This document shows, piece after piece, positions 39,254 through 52,669 of a stretch of 64,000 nt of DNA. The first letter of the stretch is position 1; each line of letters opens with the position of its first letter. The DNA comes from Octopus vulgaris (Eukaryota), in contig OX597814.1 in NCBI GenBank assembly GCA_951406725.2, forward strand, positions 104,656,001 to 104,720,000, given 5' to 3'. The notes under the pieces are model-generated. The model searched no databases. It was not told the DNA's origin and worked only from the letters and a program-made list of their open reading frames with translations. Both the position numbers and the translations under genes were made by a program.

Positions 39254-40198
39254 CGTCTGTTAGTCTATTAGCTTAGTTATCTCATTATATATAACTACGT
39301 GTTTAAAAAGAAATGAGTTCATTGAATAAAGACACGAGAGGAAGCACTTATTAAAGTATCACAGTCTAACTTTCAGACAAGAAAGTTTCTCAACAACAGA
39401 TACTTGTAGCAGCGTGAGTCTCTTAAGAAGTAAATTTCAATATTCACCTGAATATATAACAGGAAAAATGTGCAGTGAAAGAGAAACAAATCGGATGAAT
39501 ATATATAACTTCAAATAAATAATTAAACTTCTCTACTATATTTCCACCTTTAATAAAGTAAATTTAAAACCTCTCTGCCGAAAACTTCGTTGAAGGATAA
39601 TGTCCGAACACCGAATCCTTCATTCGCTTTTCTTCTTCTTCATATCGCATTCGTTGTACCATCGTTTTCAGTTGCTTTGGTTTACTTTTTCATCATAAAA
39701 ATACTAATATTTTTCTTCTTTTTTTCAGCCGTAGTTGTTAAATGGTTGCATATTTTTTGGTGTAATTTCTAAGTTTTCTCTGTCGCTGTCGCTAAGTCAT
39801 AACTATATAATTTTAATTTTTATGCATTCTTTTACCTCGCCTTCGATCTATTGATTGTCTGTAATTCATTGTCATTGGTGATGTTATTATAGATATAGGG
39901 TCTAAAGCGTCGAAACTGCGTAAATCCTTAAAGAGGATCCTAGCTGGGAATATTTTTTTATACTTCAATCAATTATGCGGAAACTTCGTATTCGATACAT
40001 ACATACATACATACATACATGCATACATGCATGCATACATACATACATACATACACATACATACATACATACATACATACATACATGCATATATACAAAC
40101 ATGTATGTATATATGTATGTATTTATGCATGCACCTAAGCACGTACATATGTGTGTATAATTATGTTATATGTGTATGAATTTATATACATACATACA

Positions 40199-40268
<70 letters not shown>

Positions 40269-40415
40269 GAGAGGTTTTGGTATCCAGAAGATCCAAAAGG
40301 CAGGTAAGGCTGTATGTAAGTGTTTTTGGAAGGACAGCTGTTAGACTCCCAGTACGATAATAATATGAGTGAGGAGTCTAACGCGAGTCGTATGTGAACA
40401 TGTATATGTTGCATA

Positions 40416-40540
40416 AAATGAGACAACAAAAGCCAAGACAATGAGAAATTTCTAGGACATTTATAAACAGCAGTAAGACTACCTCTCTCTTTATAAATGT
40501 CTTAAGAATTTCACACTGCCTTGGCCTTGTTGTCTCATTT
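40416..40540. repeat. MITE-like inverted repeat
   Basis: About 51-bp arms AAATGAGACAACAA...GACATTTATAAA / TTTATAAATGTC...TTGTTGTCTCATTT. Confidence 0.75.
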
Positions 40541-40692
40541 CATTTAATATATGTATGTATATATATATATATATATATTGGCCTGCTCGCTTAGCCAGCG
40601 GGGTGGCGTCATTCGAAGGCTAAAACAATGCGAACGCATTGTGACCAGCGATGTGTAACTACATCTGATGGACTGGTCGGTCACGTGATCAC

Positions 40693-40732
<40 letters not shown>

Positions 40733-40775
40733 GTATGTATGTATGTATATATATATATATATATACGTATGTATG

Positions 40776-40812
<37 letters not shown>

Positions 40813-40908
40813 GTATGTATGTATTTATATATGTATGAATATATATATATATATATACATACATACATTCATTCATACATATATAAATACATGCATATAT
40901 ATATACGC

Positions 40909-41011
<103 letters not shown>

Positions 41012-41860
41012 TTTATGGAGTGTTTCTGCTCTGTGACTGCTTTATTTCTATTTGACACGGCGCGGAAAACAGGGCGCTCATGTTAGCTGTGATGACTGCT
41101 TTGCTGTATGGGGAGACCATCTGGCTGATGGTTACACACGCCAATCCCAGGTAGGTGTAAGGCAATAAAAACGTAATATTTCTCTAACATACCAACATTC
41201 CGTGTGATTCCTCTTCATTTTGAGTTTGCTTTCATTCTCACCTTTTTCCTGCAAGTATTTCTCATTCCATTCCTATCCACTTACATATTTCCTGTCCTTC
41301 CCGTTCAACAAACCTGCTGAGATATCTGATACATTACATTCTCCATCGTAAAGACTCTTTTTATTTGCTGTATGGCTGCAAGAAGAAATTATATTCCCTT
41401 TTAATAAAATTTATTACATTATTCTGTAGCAATCCTGTGAATATTAATAGTAACATACACAAACATCAGTCAGACACGAGTGAGTAAGGGGAAGACGAAA
41501 GCTCTACAGGGTTACTCAAGTTGTTAGAAATAACAGCCAAATGTCTTCCCTTTCTTTTTTGAAAAAGGTAAATATTTCGATGAATTATAGACGCTACTAC
41601 TCGATAAAAAAAAGGTCACGTGGTCTAGGCTTGAACGCTTTTGCTCGTAAGTTTTTTCTGTGTTATCCTGGCCTGTGCATATATTTATGAATAAGTTTGG
41701 TTTGTGTTGACTCTCGGAGACCCCAGTCCCATAGTTGAGCTGACCCTAGAACTAAAAAGTGACAACAATAATAGCAGCAACAACAACAAGACCCATTAAT
41801 CTGCATGGACTGATTTATAAATGTGTTTTTAATTCCATACTATATTTTCTTAAGCAACAA

Positions 41861-41905
41861 AGGACGCATTAAATAGTATAGAGTCTATACTATTTAATGC
41901 GTCCT
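41861..41905. repeat. Perfect palindrome with 22-bp arms and a 1-nt centre
   Basis: AGGACGCATTAAATAGTATAGA-G-TCTATACTATTTAATGCGTCCT. Confidence 0.95.
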
Positions 41906-42389
41906 CTATACTATAGACCCAGATGGACTATGCCGACGTGAAAGATGCGATGGTCCCAGTGCTTTATGCCACTGAAAAGAAATTCATTTAATGAGAGCTG
42001 AGGCAGAGTTAAAACAACAACAGCAACACCAACAACAATCACAACAATGGTCAGAAAGCAGAGTGGCAGATATGCTGCAAACAAACAAACCTGATTCAAC
42101 TAATCCGAACCGCTTTTGATTTGGAATTCTTCGTGCTTGGTTCAAATCGGCTAACTTTTGCCTGGAGCTTCCTGCTGGGTCAGCGCTTAGCACTTGGCAA
42201 AACCAAATCATAGTTGAACTCTAAAATCCGTGGGTGCCACACCTTTAGACAATTTTAACAAAATCAATTTACAAATAAAACGCAGATTTTCCAAGTACTT
42301 TGAAAACGAAAACAACAAAAAACGAAGGAAACATTTTAAAAGGAAACCTGCCTACATTTACCTCCACATTCGCCCATCATAAATTCATG

Positions 42390-42700
42390 TTGCTTTAGAG
42401 GTTAGAGTATTCGACTGACGATCATAAGGACATGCGTTAGGTTCGCGACGGCGCGTTGTGTCCCTGAGCAACACACTTTGTTTTTCGTTGTTCCAGTCCG
42501 GTCAGCTGGCATAAGTGAGTTGTAATTAATTCAAAGACACAGTCTTGTCACATAACTATGTCATGCTGAATCTCTCTGGGAACTACGTTAAGTATGGGTA
42601 AGTACGTGCAATGCTCATCTTCTTGCACGTTAATTGAATGAACAGGCTGCTCCATTCACTGCACCAACTGGAACAGTCGCCATCGTAACCGAGTGCCAGG
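42390..42700 (+). mobile_element. tRNA-derived SINE family C (CORE-like), diverged
   Basis: GTTGTGTCCCTGAGCAACACACTTT...CCAGTCCGGTCAGCTGG core shared with the copies at 57762 and 59230. Confidence 0.6.
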
Positions 42701-42747
42701 ATAAATTGGTGTAGCTTTTAGAATACTGTTTTCATAGAATATTAGCT

Positions 42748-43135
42748 GGTGGCTGTGTGGTAAGTAGCTTGCTTACCAACCACATGGTCTCGGGTTCAGT
42801 CCCACTGCGTAGCTCATTTGGGAAGTATCTTCTACTATAGTTTCGGGCCGACCAAAGCCGTGTGAGTGGATTTCGTAGATGGAAACTGCACGAAGATCGT
42901 CGTATATGTATTTATATGTATATGTATGTTTGTGTGTATGTGTTTGTGTGTCTGTTTGTCCCTCCAGCATCGCTGGTGTGTTTACGTCCCCTTAACTTAG
43001 CAGTTCCGTAAAAGAGGCCGATAGAAAAGTACTAGGCTTACAAAGAATAACCTCTGGGGTCGATTTGCTCGACTAAAGGCGGTTCTCGAGCATGGCCGCA
43101 GTCAATCGACTGAAACAAGTAAAAGAGTAAAGAGT
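42748..43135 (+). mobile_element. SINE family B
   Basis: GTGGCTGTGTGGTAAG...GGGTTCAGTCCCACTGCG...GAAACAAGTAAAAGAG. Confidence 0.9.
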
Positions 43136-43326
43136 ATATATATATATATACATTACCATTACTATACACACAATATAATATTGTGTGTGTGTGTGTGTGT
43201 GTGCACACACACACATATATATATATATAACGATGTATTGTAATGTATATATACTATGCTACACTATATATCATTGCACACACATACACGCACACACACA
43301 CATACATACATGCATACATACATAGT

Positions 43327-43560
43327 GCAGGCATAGCTGTCTAGCAAGAAGTTTGCTTCTTACCACATGGTACCGGTTTCAGTCCCATTTCGTGTCACCT
43401 TGGGCAAGTGCCTTCTACTATCGGGCCGACCAATGGCTTGTGAGTGGATTTGGTAGACGGAAACCGAAAAAGACCGTCATATACACACACACATACATAC
43501 ATACATACATACATACATACATACATACATACACATACATACATACATACATACATACAC

Positions 43561-43604
<44 letters not shown>

Positions 43605-43815
43605 GTATATGCATATTGTGTGTGTGTGCACAACTTGACAGACGGCGTTAGTGTGCTAACGCTAACGTAACTCAACAGTTCGACAAACGACTCTGATAAA
43701 ATAAGTATTAGGCTTAAAAATAATAATATAACCACTGGGGTCGATTCGTTCGATTAAAGATTCTTCAAGACCATGCTCCAGCATGACCGCAATCAGACGA
43801 CTAAAACAAGAGAAA
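43327..43815 (+). mobile_element. SINE family B, diverged, with an expanded internal microsatellite
   Basis: CACCTTGGGCAAGTG...GGATTTGGTAGACGGAAAC...TGCTCCAGCATG. Confidence 0.8.
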
Positions 43816-43822
43816 CATAAAT

Positions 43823-43892
<70 letters not shown>

Positions 43893-43939
43893 CACATTAT
43901 TGTGGAAGGGGAAATGGCTAGCCTAGGGGACTGAATACT

Positions 43940-44150
43940 TATTTCTTTACTACTCACAAGGGGCTAAACACAGAGGGGACAATCAAGGACAGGCAAACGG
44001 ATTAAGTCGATTATATCGACCCCAGTGCGTAACTGGTACTTAATTTATCGACCCGGAAAGGATGAAAGGCAAAGTTGACCTCTGCGGAATTTGAACTCAG
44101 AACTTAACGGCAGACGAAATACGGCTACGTTTCTGCCAGCTCGCCGCCTT
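43940..44150 (-). mobile_element. SINE family A with a 16-bp TSD
   Basis: TAGGGGACTGAATACT at 43924-43939 and 44151-44166. Confidence 0.92.
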
Positions 44151-44700
44151 TAGGGGACTGAATACTCTAATGCCTAACCTGGTTTAGCTTGTCATCCTTT
44201 CGGGGGTTTATGAATGAATGAATTATCTTGATATTAGTATGAGCGCCGATCAATTGATTCACGGCTGAATTCGTTCCAGGTGTTTAAATTTCTGAGTACC
44301 AAGTCCACCTAAGCGCCGGTGACCAGAGCTATTCACCCAACCGCGTAACTGGATTGTCCAACCCAAGTAAAGCACGTACGGTGCAGATAGTCGCATCACC
44401 AGTAGCTGACATAGGCATATTGAAGCATCATCCGTTATTGGATTGCAAAGAACTGAAACGAGAGAACAAAAGCTGTTTGTACAGGAAAACTAATTGATAT
44501 ATTAAATACATATTTGAATAATGGCGAAGCATACCGCTGGGAGCAATAGTCTTTTCCGCCATGAGATTTCCGCTTTATGCATTAATATGAAAATACAAAT
44601 GCATTGTACGAATAAAATTATACGTATGTATCAACACGAGTATGTACGTATATACATGTACATAGATACTTATGAATGTATGTATACACATATGTATGTA

Positions 44701-44773
<73 letters not shown>

Positions 44774-45039
44774 ATGTGTGTGTGTATGTGTGTGTGTATG
44801 TGTGCGTGTGTGTGTCTACGCGCGTGTGTGCATGTGTGTGTGTGTGTTAGCATACAAATGTACAATATAGAAATAATGACGAACACCCAAGACGATATTA
44901 TCGTCTGCCGCAATGCGGACAAAACAACCGAACTAAGCTTATTCATTGAGTACTGGAGCACTAATGCGCGCGCATCCACACACGCACACAAGCACACGTA
45001 CGCACGCACACACACATACACTCACACACAGAGGAGCAG

Positions 45040-45194
45040 CTGTGGCTACGTGGTGAGAAGTTTGCTTACCAATCGCATGGTTCCGCGTTCAGTCCCATTG
45101 AGTGGCACCTTGGGCAAGTGTCTTCCACTATAGCCTCGGGCCGGCCAAAGCATTGTGAGTGTATTTGGTATAGGAAGTCTGAAAGAAGCCCGTG

Positions 45195-45195
<1 letters not shown>
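45040..45195 (+). mobile_element. SINE family B 5' half
   Basis: TTGCTTACCAATCGCATGGTTCC...GGCACCTTGGGCAAGTGTCTTC...CTGAAAGAAGCCCG. Confidence 0.8.
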
Positions 45196-45235
<40 letters not shown>

Positions 45236-45595
45236 GTGTGTGTGTGTGTGTGTGTGTGTATATACATATATCTAGTACAGAGACGAGACCCAGTAGTCTC
45301 CGTATATGAGACACTAGGTAGTGCTCAAAAGATTCAAATTTAGATTCCGATGTCTTAACAAGGGGGCATTCCACAAGCTAAAGAAAGGCTATAAGAGGGA
45401 TCAAGTTAAGCGGGTTTAAAGGCAATTATGCGGATAAAACAAATTAGGCACATTAGATATTGTAAATATATTAAATACATCAAGTACAAAATATGTCTAC
45501 ATGTACACAAGCAAAGCGAAATAAAGCAACGGGTGGAAACTTTCAGATGATGAATTTATATGTATATGTACACACACACACACACACACTCACAC

Positions 45596-45628
<33 letters not shown>

Positions 45629-45933
45629 TATATATATATATATATCATGTTGATATTAATACAAAGTAGAAATAACGGAAAAAATTAAAGGGGTGGAAGA
45701 AGGTTTCTGGAGGCTCAGCGATCAATAATAATTTTGGCAGATTTCGTTCATTACAAAATGCGGCTGTTTGGATGCATTTAACATACGATGAGAAGAAGCC
45801 CGTCGCTAGCGTAGAGAAGTTCTTACATTTCAGATCTTAATGCAGCGAAGTTCACTCATGGAATATCTCTCTGCGCACCCCCTCTCTCTCTCGATCATCC
45901 TCCAACTCTTCTGCCTATATGTTTGTGCACACC

Positions 45934-46113
45934 TTTGAATGCAGTGTATGCCAGAAGGTTTGTAAATCCAACGGAAGACTCAAACTACATTTTAAGATCC
46001 ACAAAGAGCAGAACTTATCTGCAACTCATGGTGGTCCAAATCGGAGGTACAATCTATGTGGGTGTCTTTTCAATATATTGTCTAATTTAAAAAGCCACAT
46101 CAGATGCCATGAT
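45934..46113 (+). pseudogene. Two C2H2-type zinc fingers, probably the C-terminus of a LINE ORF2 (RTE-like)
   Basis: CSVCQKVCKSNGRLKLHFKIH and (Y)[20 protein letters not shown]; no TGEKP linker; runs into (TA)n. Confidence 0.55.
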
Positions 46114-46151
46114 GGTTATATATATATATATATATCGATATCTATCTATAC

Positions 46152-46246
<95 letters not shown>

Positions 46247-46317
46247 TACGTGCATAAATGCACGATACATACATTCATTCGTACACACACACATATATAC
46301 ATATATAATATATTTAT

Positions 46318-46799
46318 GCCTGTATACATACATATATGTACATATATACATGTATATACACATGCATATATGGGCGCAGGACGTCATAGAACGTAAATGA
46401 CATGAAATACGAAAACATGGAATACAAACTTGTTTTGCGAACAACGAAAGAAGCAAATGGAAAACAAGCCAAGCAGCATAATGAACGACCCTTCATCACT
46501 TATCTGCAGTTTTATCTACTCCACATTTCGAGCCTTTACGACAAGATGTGCCTTCGTCAAAACAGTTGCTCCCGTGAATCAAATTAAATAAAATTTGAGA
46601 TTTGCGGAGGGTCAAAGTTGATAACAAAAACAGGATAGTGAAAACGGTGAAGGGGAGAGGAAAAGAATTATAGAAAGAATGAAAGGGAAAAAATGAAAGG
46701 AGGAGAAGGGGAGGTTGTTTTCGTATTCTATGACGTCTTGTGCTCATATATGCATGTGTATATACCTATATATGTATGTACATATATGTATGCATACAT

Positions 46800-46800
<1 letters not shown>
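46318..46800 (-). mobile_element. pLTR-like element with an inverted terminal copy and a degenerate HHR
   Basis: Arm 46352-46391 is inverted at 46726-46765; minus strand TTGACGA-AGGC...GGCTC-GAAATGT near 46523-46562. Confidence 0.6.
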
Positions 46801-46867
<67 letters not shown>

Positions 46868-46953
46868 CATTTGTATTATTATATGATTGAACGCCACGCA
46901 TCCATTTCCAAGCAAGTTTTATCTATCTATCTATCTATCTAGCTAGCTAGCTA

Positions 46954-47010
<57 letters not shown>

Positions 47011-47040
47011 ATATATATATATATACCTATATATATATAG

Positions 47041-47080
<40 letters not shown>

Positions 47081-47959
47081 GCATTTCCATGTGTGTGTAT
47101 GTCTTAGTGCGTGTCTCTGTGTTTGTCCTGCTTGACTGCTTGACAACTCGTGATAGTGTGTTTCCGTACCCTCGGCAAAAGAAACGACAGAATAAGCACC
47201 CGGCTTAAAACAATACATAAATACCAGGGTTGATGCGTTCGACTAAAATTCTTGAAGGCGTTACCCCAGCATGGCTGCAGTCTAAATGACATATACACGT
47301 TTCCATAAAATTTTCTATACGTTTACCTGTCTTCGTCTACACCATTTCTCTAGCCGTCTATCCGTCTATCCGTCTATCAATTCAGTCTCCACATCGCCAC
47401 ACACATTCCATCACATTGTTTTCACCTTTTAATAATTTATAAAAGTTTCTCTCTCTTCTCCCTCTCTTACCTCTCTTTTTATACCGACACTTTTATGCTT
47501 CCCACCTCCCCCGTCTCTCTCCTAAATCCTTCTTTATTCTTCACCATCCTCTTTTTTTTCCGTATTAGCTTTGAATCTGTCTCTTCCACACTTCTTAATA
47601 TTTTTTCTTGCCTCGTTTCTCTCCTCCAAATTTCCTTCTTTCTACATAATAATTCTCCTCTTCTTAGCATTGACATTTCCCTTCTGAACACTATTTTCGA
47701 ATCCCCAAATGTTTGCCGTTCCCAGAAATAACTGCCCCCACCACATCCTTAGATAAGAAATTTGTATCATTCTAAGTCACATTTTTCACGAAACAAAAAA
47801 AAAAAAGAAAAAAGAAAAAAGTAATCCGTTAATAGTGATTTGTGTATATAAGTGGGCGTTTGTGCACACATACGTGTATGTGTGTATGTATATGTGTGTG
47901 TAAATATGAAGGTATGCGTATGTTTCTATGTGTGTTTAAGTGCACGAGTATGTGTATTA

Positions 47960-48024
<65 letters not shown>

Positions 48025-48189
48025 AATACACAAACACACATACACGCGCATAATGAATGAGGGAAGCGGGAAAAAAGAGTTGGCGAAAATCTTTATTCAA
48101 CACAACGATCGTTTCGACCCATCCTGCATCTGGCCCTTACGGCTGGGATATAAGACAACTAGTTGTGTAACAAGAGATTGATTTGAAAC

Positions 48190-49050
48190 TTAAGGAATTC
48201 ATGTCAATAATGCGAACCATATGCATGAAATTTGACCCTAAGAAGAGAGCAGTAAAATTAAAAAACTTCATTCCTTGAGACAGGAGAGTCCTTATGAGAA
48301 AGAGTATAAAGATCTCCGACCGCTTAAATAAAAAATAAACTTATTGACAGTGAAAAACCTCGCCTAGATCTAAAATAAACTCAGACTCTGCCATGAAAAT
48401 GAAAGGATAGAAAGAGAAACCAGGACTGTGGAAAATATAAAGATAAATCTAAAAGCTTTTTACAAGTTCGCGAAAGAGTCTGAGTGGACTACGAGATAGG
48501 GCCACAGTTTGAAGAAGAGGGCTCGCTGGCGGCAGACCCCTAGGGGATAGGTGAAGTTCTAAATAAGCATTCCCTGAGTGTCTTCACTTTTCCAGTGAGA
48601 AGCTGGCAAGTGAACGAACCTACAGAGTTCTTCAACACTGCACACCTACATGGGAAAAAGGCAACTATCGATTAAATCGACATAAAGGAGGAAGATGTGA
48701 TATCAGCCATTGATGCGATGCACTCAATCTCAGTAACGGGTCCGGATGGATTTCCATTTGTTCTCCTAAAAACATGATCGAAAACTCTCGCAAAACCACT
48801 GCAGATACTTTTAGTGTTTCTTGCCAAACTGTTAAAAGAGGTGTCATATGTCCTGACCATAAAGGAGGAAGCATATCAGATGCTAAAAATTATAGGCCTC
48901 TCTATCTGACTTCACATATTAGCAAGGTCATGGAACACATTGTCAGAAGGAGACTGATCCCGTTCATGGAAGAGAATATCTTTCTTACAAACATACAACA
49001 TGTTTTCCGCCGACGGAGGAGACACAGCTACTACAACATTACAATTGGCT
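48190..49050 (+). mobile_element. CR1-like LINE ORF2 fragment, decayed
   Basis: NLKAFYKF, GPDGFP..LLK, LAKPLQIL, HKGGS...NYRPLYLTSHISKVMEHIV, QHVFRR. Confidence 0.85.
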
Positions 49051-49190
49051 TCATGCAACTCGCTTCTTCACCAAAAACAGTATTGAAAAGAGACCCCAAA
49101 ACAATGAAAGGCGGTGTTCCAGCATGGCCCTAGCCTCTGAAACCAATAAATGAATAAAAGAATATATATATATATATGTGTGTGTGTGTA

Positions 49191-49260
<70 letters not shown>

Positions 49261-49263
<3 letters not shown>

Positions 49264-49614
49264 AATTGCAGCGTGGAAGGTGTTTATAAGCCATTTAAGA
49301 AACACACAAAAGCCGTTCGATTCACTTCAACATTTAAGTTTAATTTGTCAAAATATTTTCGTCGCTAAAATCCGCGACCTGTTCACTGACAAAGGTCTGT
49401 GCTGCATCTCTGAGATGCAGCACGGACTTTGTCAGTGAACAGGTCGCGTTTTAGCGACAAAATATTTTGACAAATTAAACTTAAATGTTGGAGTGAATCG
49501 AACGGCTTTTGTGTGTTTCTTAAATGGCTTATAAACACCTTCCACGCTGCAATTGTTTTCGTTTCAGCACACGATCTCAGATCAAATTACTTGCTATGCG
49601 AGTACATCTCCGTA

Positions 49615-49615
<1 letters not shown>
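49261..49615 (+). mobile_element. Fold-back pLTR-like element (about 150-bp arms, 1-nt centre) with a variant HHR-like motif
   Basis: 49261-49410 is inverted at 49412-49557; TTGTCA-GTGAACA-GGTCGC...GCGAC-(G)AAAATATT-T-TGACAA; unique tail to about 49615; (TA)n flanks. Confidence 0.8.
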
Positions 49616-49664
<49 letters not shown>

Positions 49665-49980
49665 TTATATATATACATTTATACACACAATTATATATAT
49701 ATAGGTATGTAGGTATGTAGAGATAACGTTAACCTCTGTGTGTGTATGTAAATGTGTACATCCTATATGTATATACACACACACGCGTGTGCGCGCGCAT
49801 ACCCTCCCCCTCACTCACACAATATAAACAAGCAGACACATATACATGCAGAGTTAATCGTCATATGAGCATATATTTTTCGGAATTGTGCAATTGTAGC
49901 CAGTGACTTGATTTGAGGCCATTTGTTTAAACTAAAACAATGGCATTGAGCGAGGGCCACAGCGACCATTTAAATACACG

Positions 49981-50168
49981 CAGCTGTTAAACTCATTTGA
50001 AATTTAATTCATTAACTGAAATGTCAATATTTTCTTCATACAATTGCGACTCGTTCACTGACACAATTTTACTGTGGAAGGGTGTCAGTGACCAGCTTAG
50101 AGTTGTGTGAGGGAAATATTGACATGTCTTGGAATAAATTTAAATTTAAAGGAAATTTAACAGTTTGA
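49981..50168 (+). other. Long imperfect hairpin made of nested inverted repeats
   Basis: 50021-50043 pairs with 50103-50125 (three G-U pairs); 50055-50064 pairs with 50082-50091; outer CTGTTAAA / TTTAACAG. Confidence 0.6.
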
Positions 50169-51609
50169 CTTTTCAAAAAAGTTCTTCTACGATATATATA
50201 TATGCATGCATGTACGCATGTATGTGAGTATGTATGTAATTATGAGTGTCCGATGCAATTCTGTTGCACAAAGCATACTGCCAAGTGTGTCAATAATTAA
50301 TTGATTGAGTTTCATTGTTTGAAGGGACTTCTTAATACAAATTGGATTTTCCAGTTTGGTGACATCCTTAATAATAATAACCATATCTACAATTGCTTAC
50401 TATGCGGAAGACAGACGAGCACGCAGTCTCTGATAATCTTTCACATTTAGGAACGAATCTAACCCAACCGTTTCTTATTTCTTTTTACCTGCAATACAAT
50501 CGTATGGACATTTATTTCTATTTGTCTATAGTTTCTTCTCACGGAATGTCTGCTAAATTTTGCTTTTGCATTAGATTTACTCCATAGCACACCCATTCCA
50601 GATACGTACAGAGGAAATCTATTGGGACTCACGTACAAATACACACGCACACTCAATCGCGCACTCGTATATGCATTTATATTATACGCACAGACACATA
50701 TACACACTTCTGTAGATACAAATGTATATATGATTCTTCAACTCTAACTGCCAACTGATACTGAAATATACAAAGTTCTACGCTGGAAGATTTTTATATA
50801 CAGAAGCGTCTTAATCTGAGCATTCACTATATACCTGCGTTTTCCCTTAACAGATTTTAATTACGTTCTGCTTGCGTATCCGTTGTCAGTTACGGGTGTG
50901 TTTGTACTTTCACATATATATACTTAAGGGTGTATACATATGTAGATTTACGTATGTGTGAAAGTAACTCTGCGTAGGTATACACATACACGTACACATA
51001 TATGCGTACATTTATACCGTATGTCAATAAGATTTTTCCATATACGTATATTAACAAACCTATATTCATACACACATTCTTACACAGGCGCTCGTACACA
51101 TATACTCATATACGCACGCACACACACACACGTTTTTAACATTTGTGAAATGGGGGACCATCCGCTTTTTTGTATATCGTGTGCTACATTTTTAAACGCG
51201 GCTTTCTATATTAAAAACAGTAAGATATTATTCGAAGGAGGCTTTCTTGCAGGTAGCCCTGAGTTTTACTTTAACCCCTGTTTTACTCTGGTCGAACAAC
51301 CTATGAAAAAAGACAGTCAGCTGTGACCATCCATTTTGAATATCACGGACTACATCACTCTGAGTTCTTCCACATTTAAGACTGTAAAATGTGATCTGAG
51401 AGAGAATTGGTTGCGCCTCTTGCAGATCGTGTGACTGCTCAGAGGTTTTTCGTTGTTTCTGGCCCCTTTTAGTTGCTTTACCCCACAGGTTATTCCTGGT
51501 GGAACAGATCATTGTCTTCAAAGACATACCTGTCCCACGGCTATTATATTCTTTCCCGGGCAATTGAAAAGTCACTGGACCACTGATAATCACCCTTCAA
51601 CTAACGGGT

Positions 51610-51650
<41 letters not shown>

Positions 51651-51657
51651 ATATGTG

Positions 51658-51754
<97 letters not shown>

Positions 51755-52669
51755 GCCTGTATGTCTGTCTATTTTAATTCCAGACGAAATAGTTTATTTA
51801 TCCCATTCAAATTAAGGATGTAGTGATTACGTAGTGATTATAATGTTGGGGTGGGCTGCATTTGAGGTGTGGAAACAGCTGGAGAACATAATAATGAAAT
51901 TTTGAATGAATTAGTACTATCCAAAGAGTCTTCGTAGCATACTCATAATGCATATAGATCACACATCCTGTTACCATATAGGAGTGCGAAACCTTCAAAG
52001 TTCCTTTGATTCTTAGATGCATCTAATGCGCTGACGTAATCAGCAAGCAATTATATTCATCACGTACAGAGTTTCGAAGATAAAAATTTAGAATATATAG
52101 GATCTTCTTCAGTTGAGCTCAAGAATTTAGATACTATGATGATTTCGAAACGCAGCAACGCCATTCTAAAGGTTTTGCCTGTTAACCAAAACATATGCCT
52201 ATAATTGCAGACATAAACTGCAAAAGTATATTCTTGAGTCCGGTTAAACTTCTAGACGATAAGGAATAAATTCATGTTCTAGCGATCCACCCGGAGAGTC
52301 ATTGGCGTATTGTGTTCCCAATACTTTTGTTGTAAGTTAGGATAAGATTGCAGTTAATATACTCAGACCTACGTAGTAAAAGAAACCGTTCACAAATGGA
52401 AAAAAAAGTTAAATGATTACGATAGAAAGGAATCAGGGGTTTGAGAGTGGAAGTATGAGAAAAAGGAAAGGAATAGAAAAAGAAGAGAAGATGGCGGAGT
52501 ATGTGAATAGAAGGTGAAAGTATGGTGTAGTGAACATAGGGGAGTTTTGGGGCCATTGGGAGTGATATACTTCTGTTGCTAGGAATCAAATTCGTGATCC
52601 CGGATGCTATGTCTGCAGGGCTCAAAGATTCAGCCGGTATCGGGTGGTTAATACATTCAAGGCATGAAT

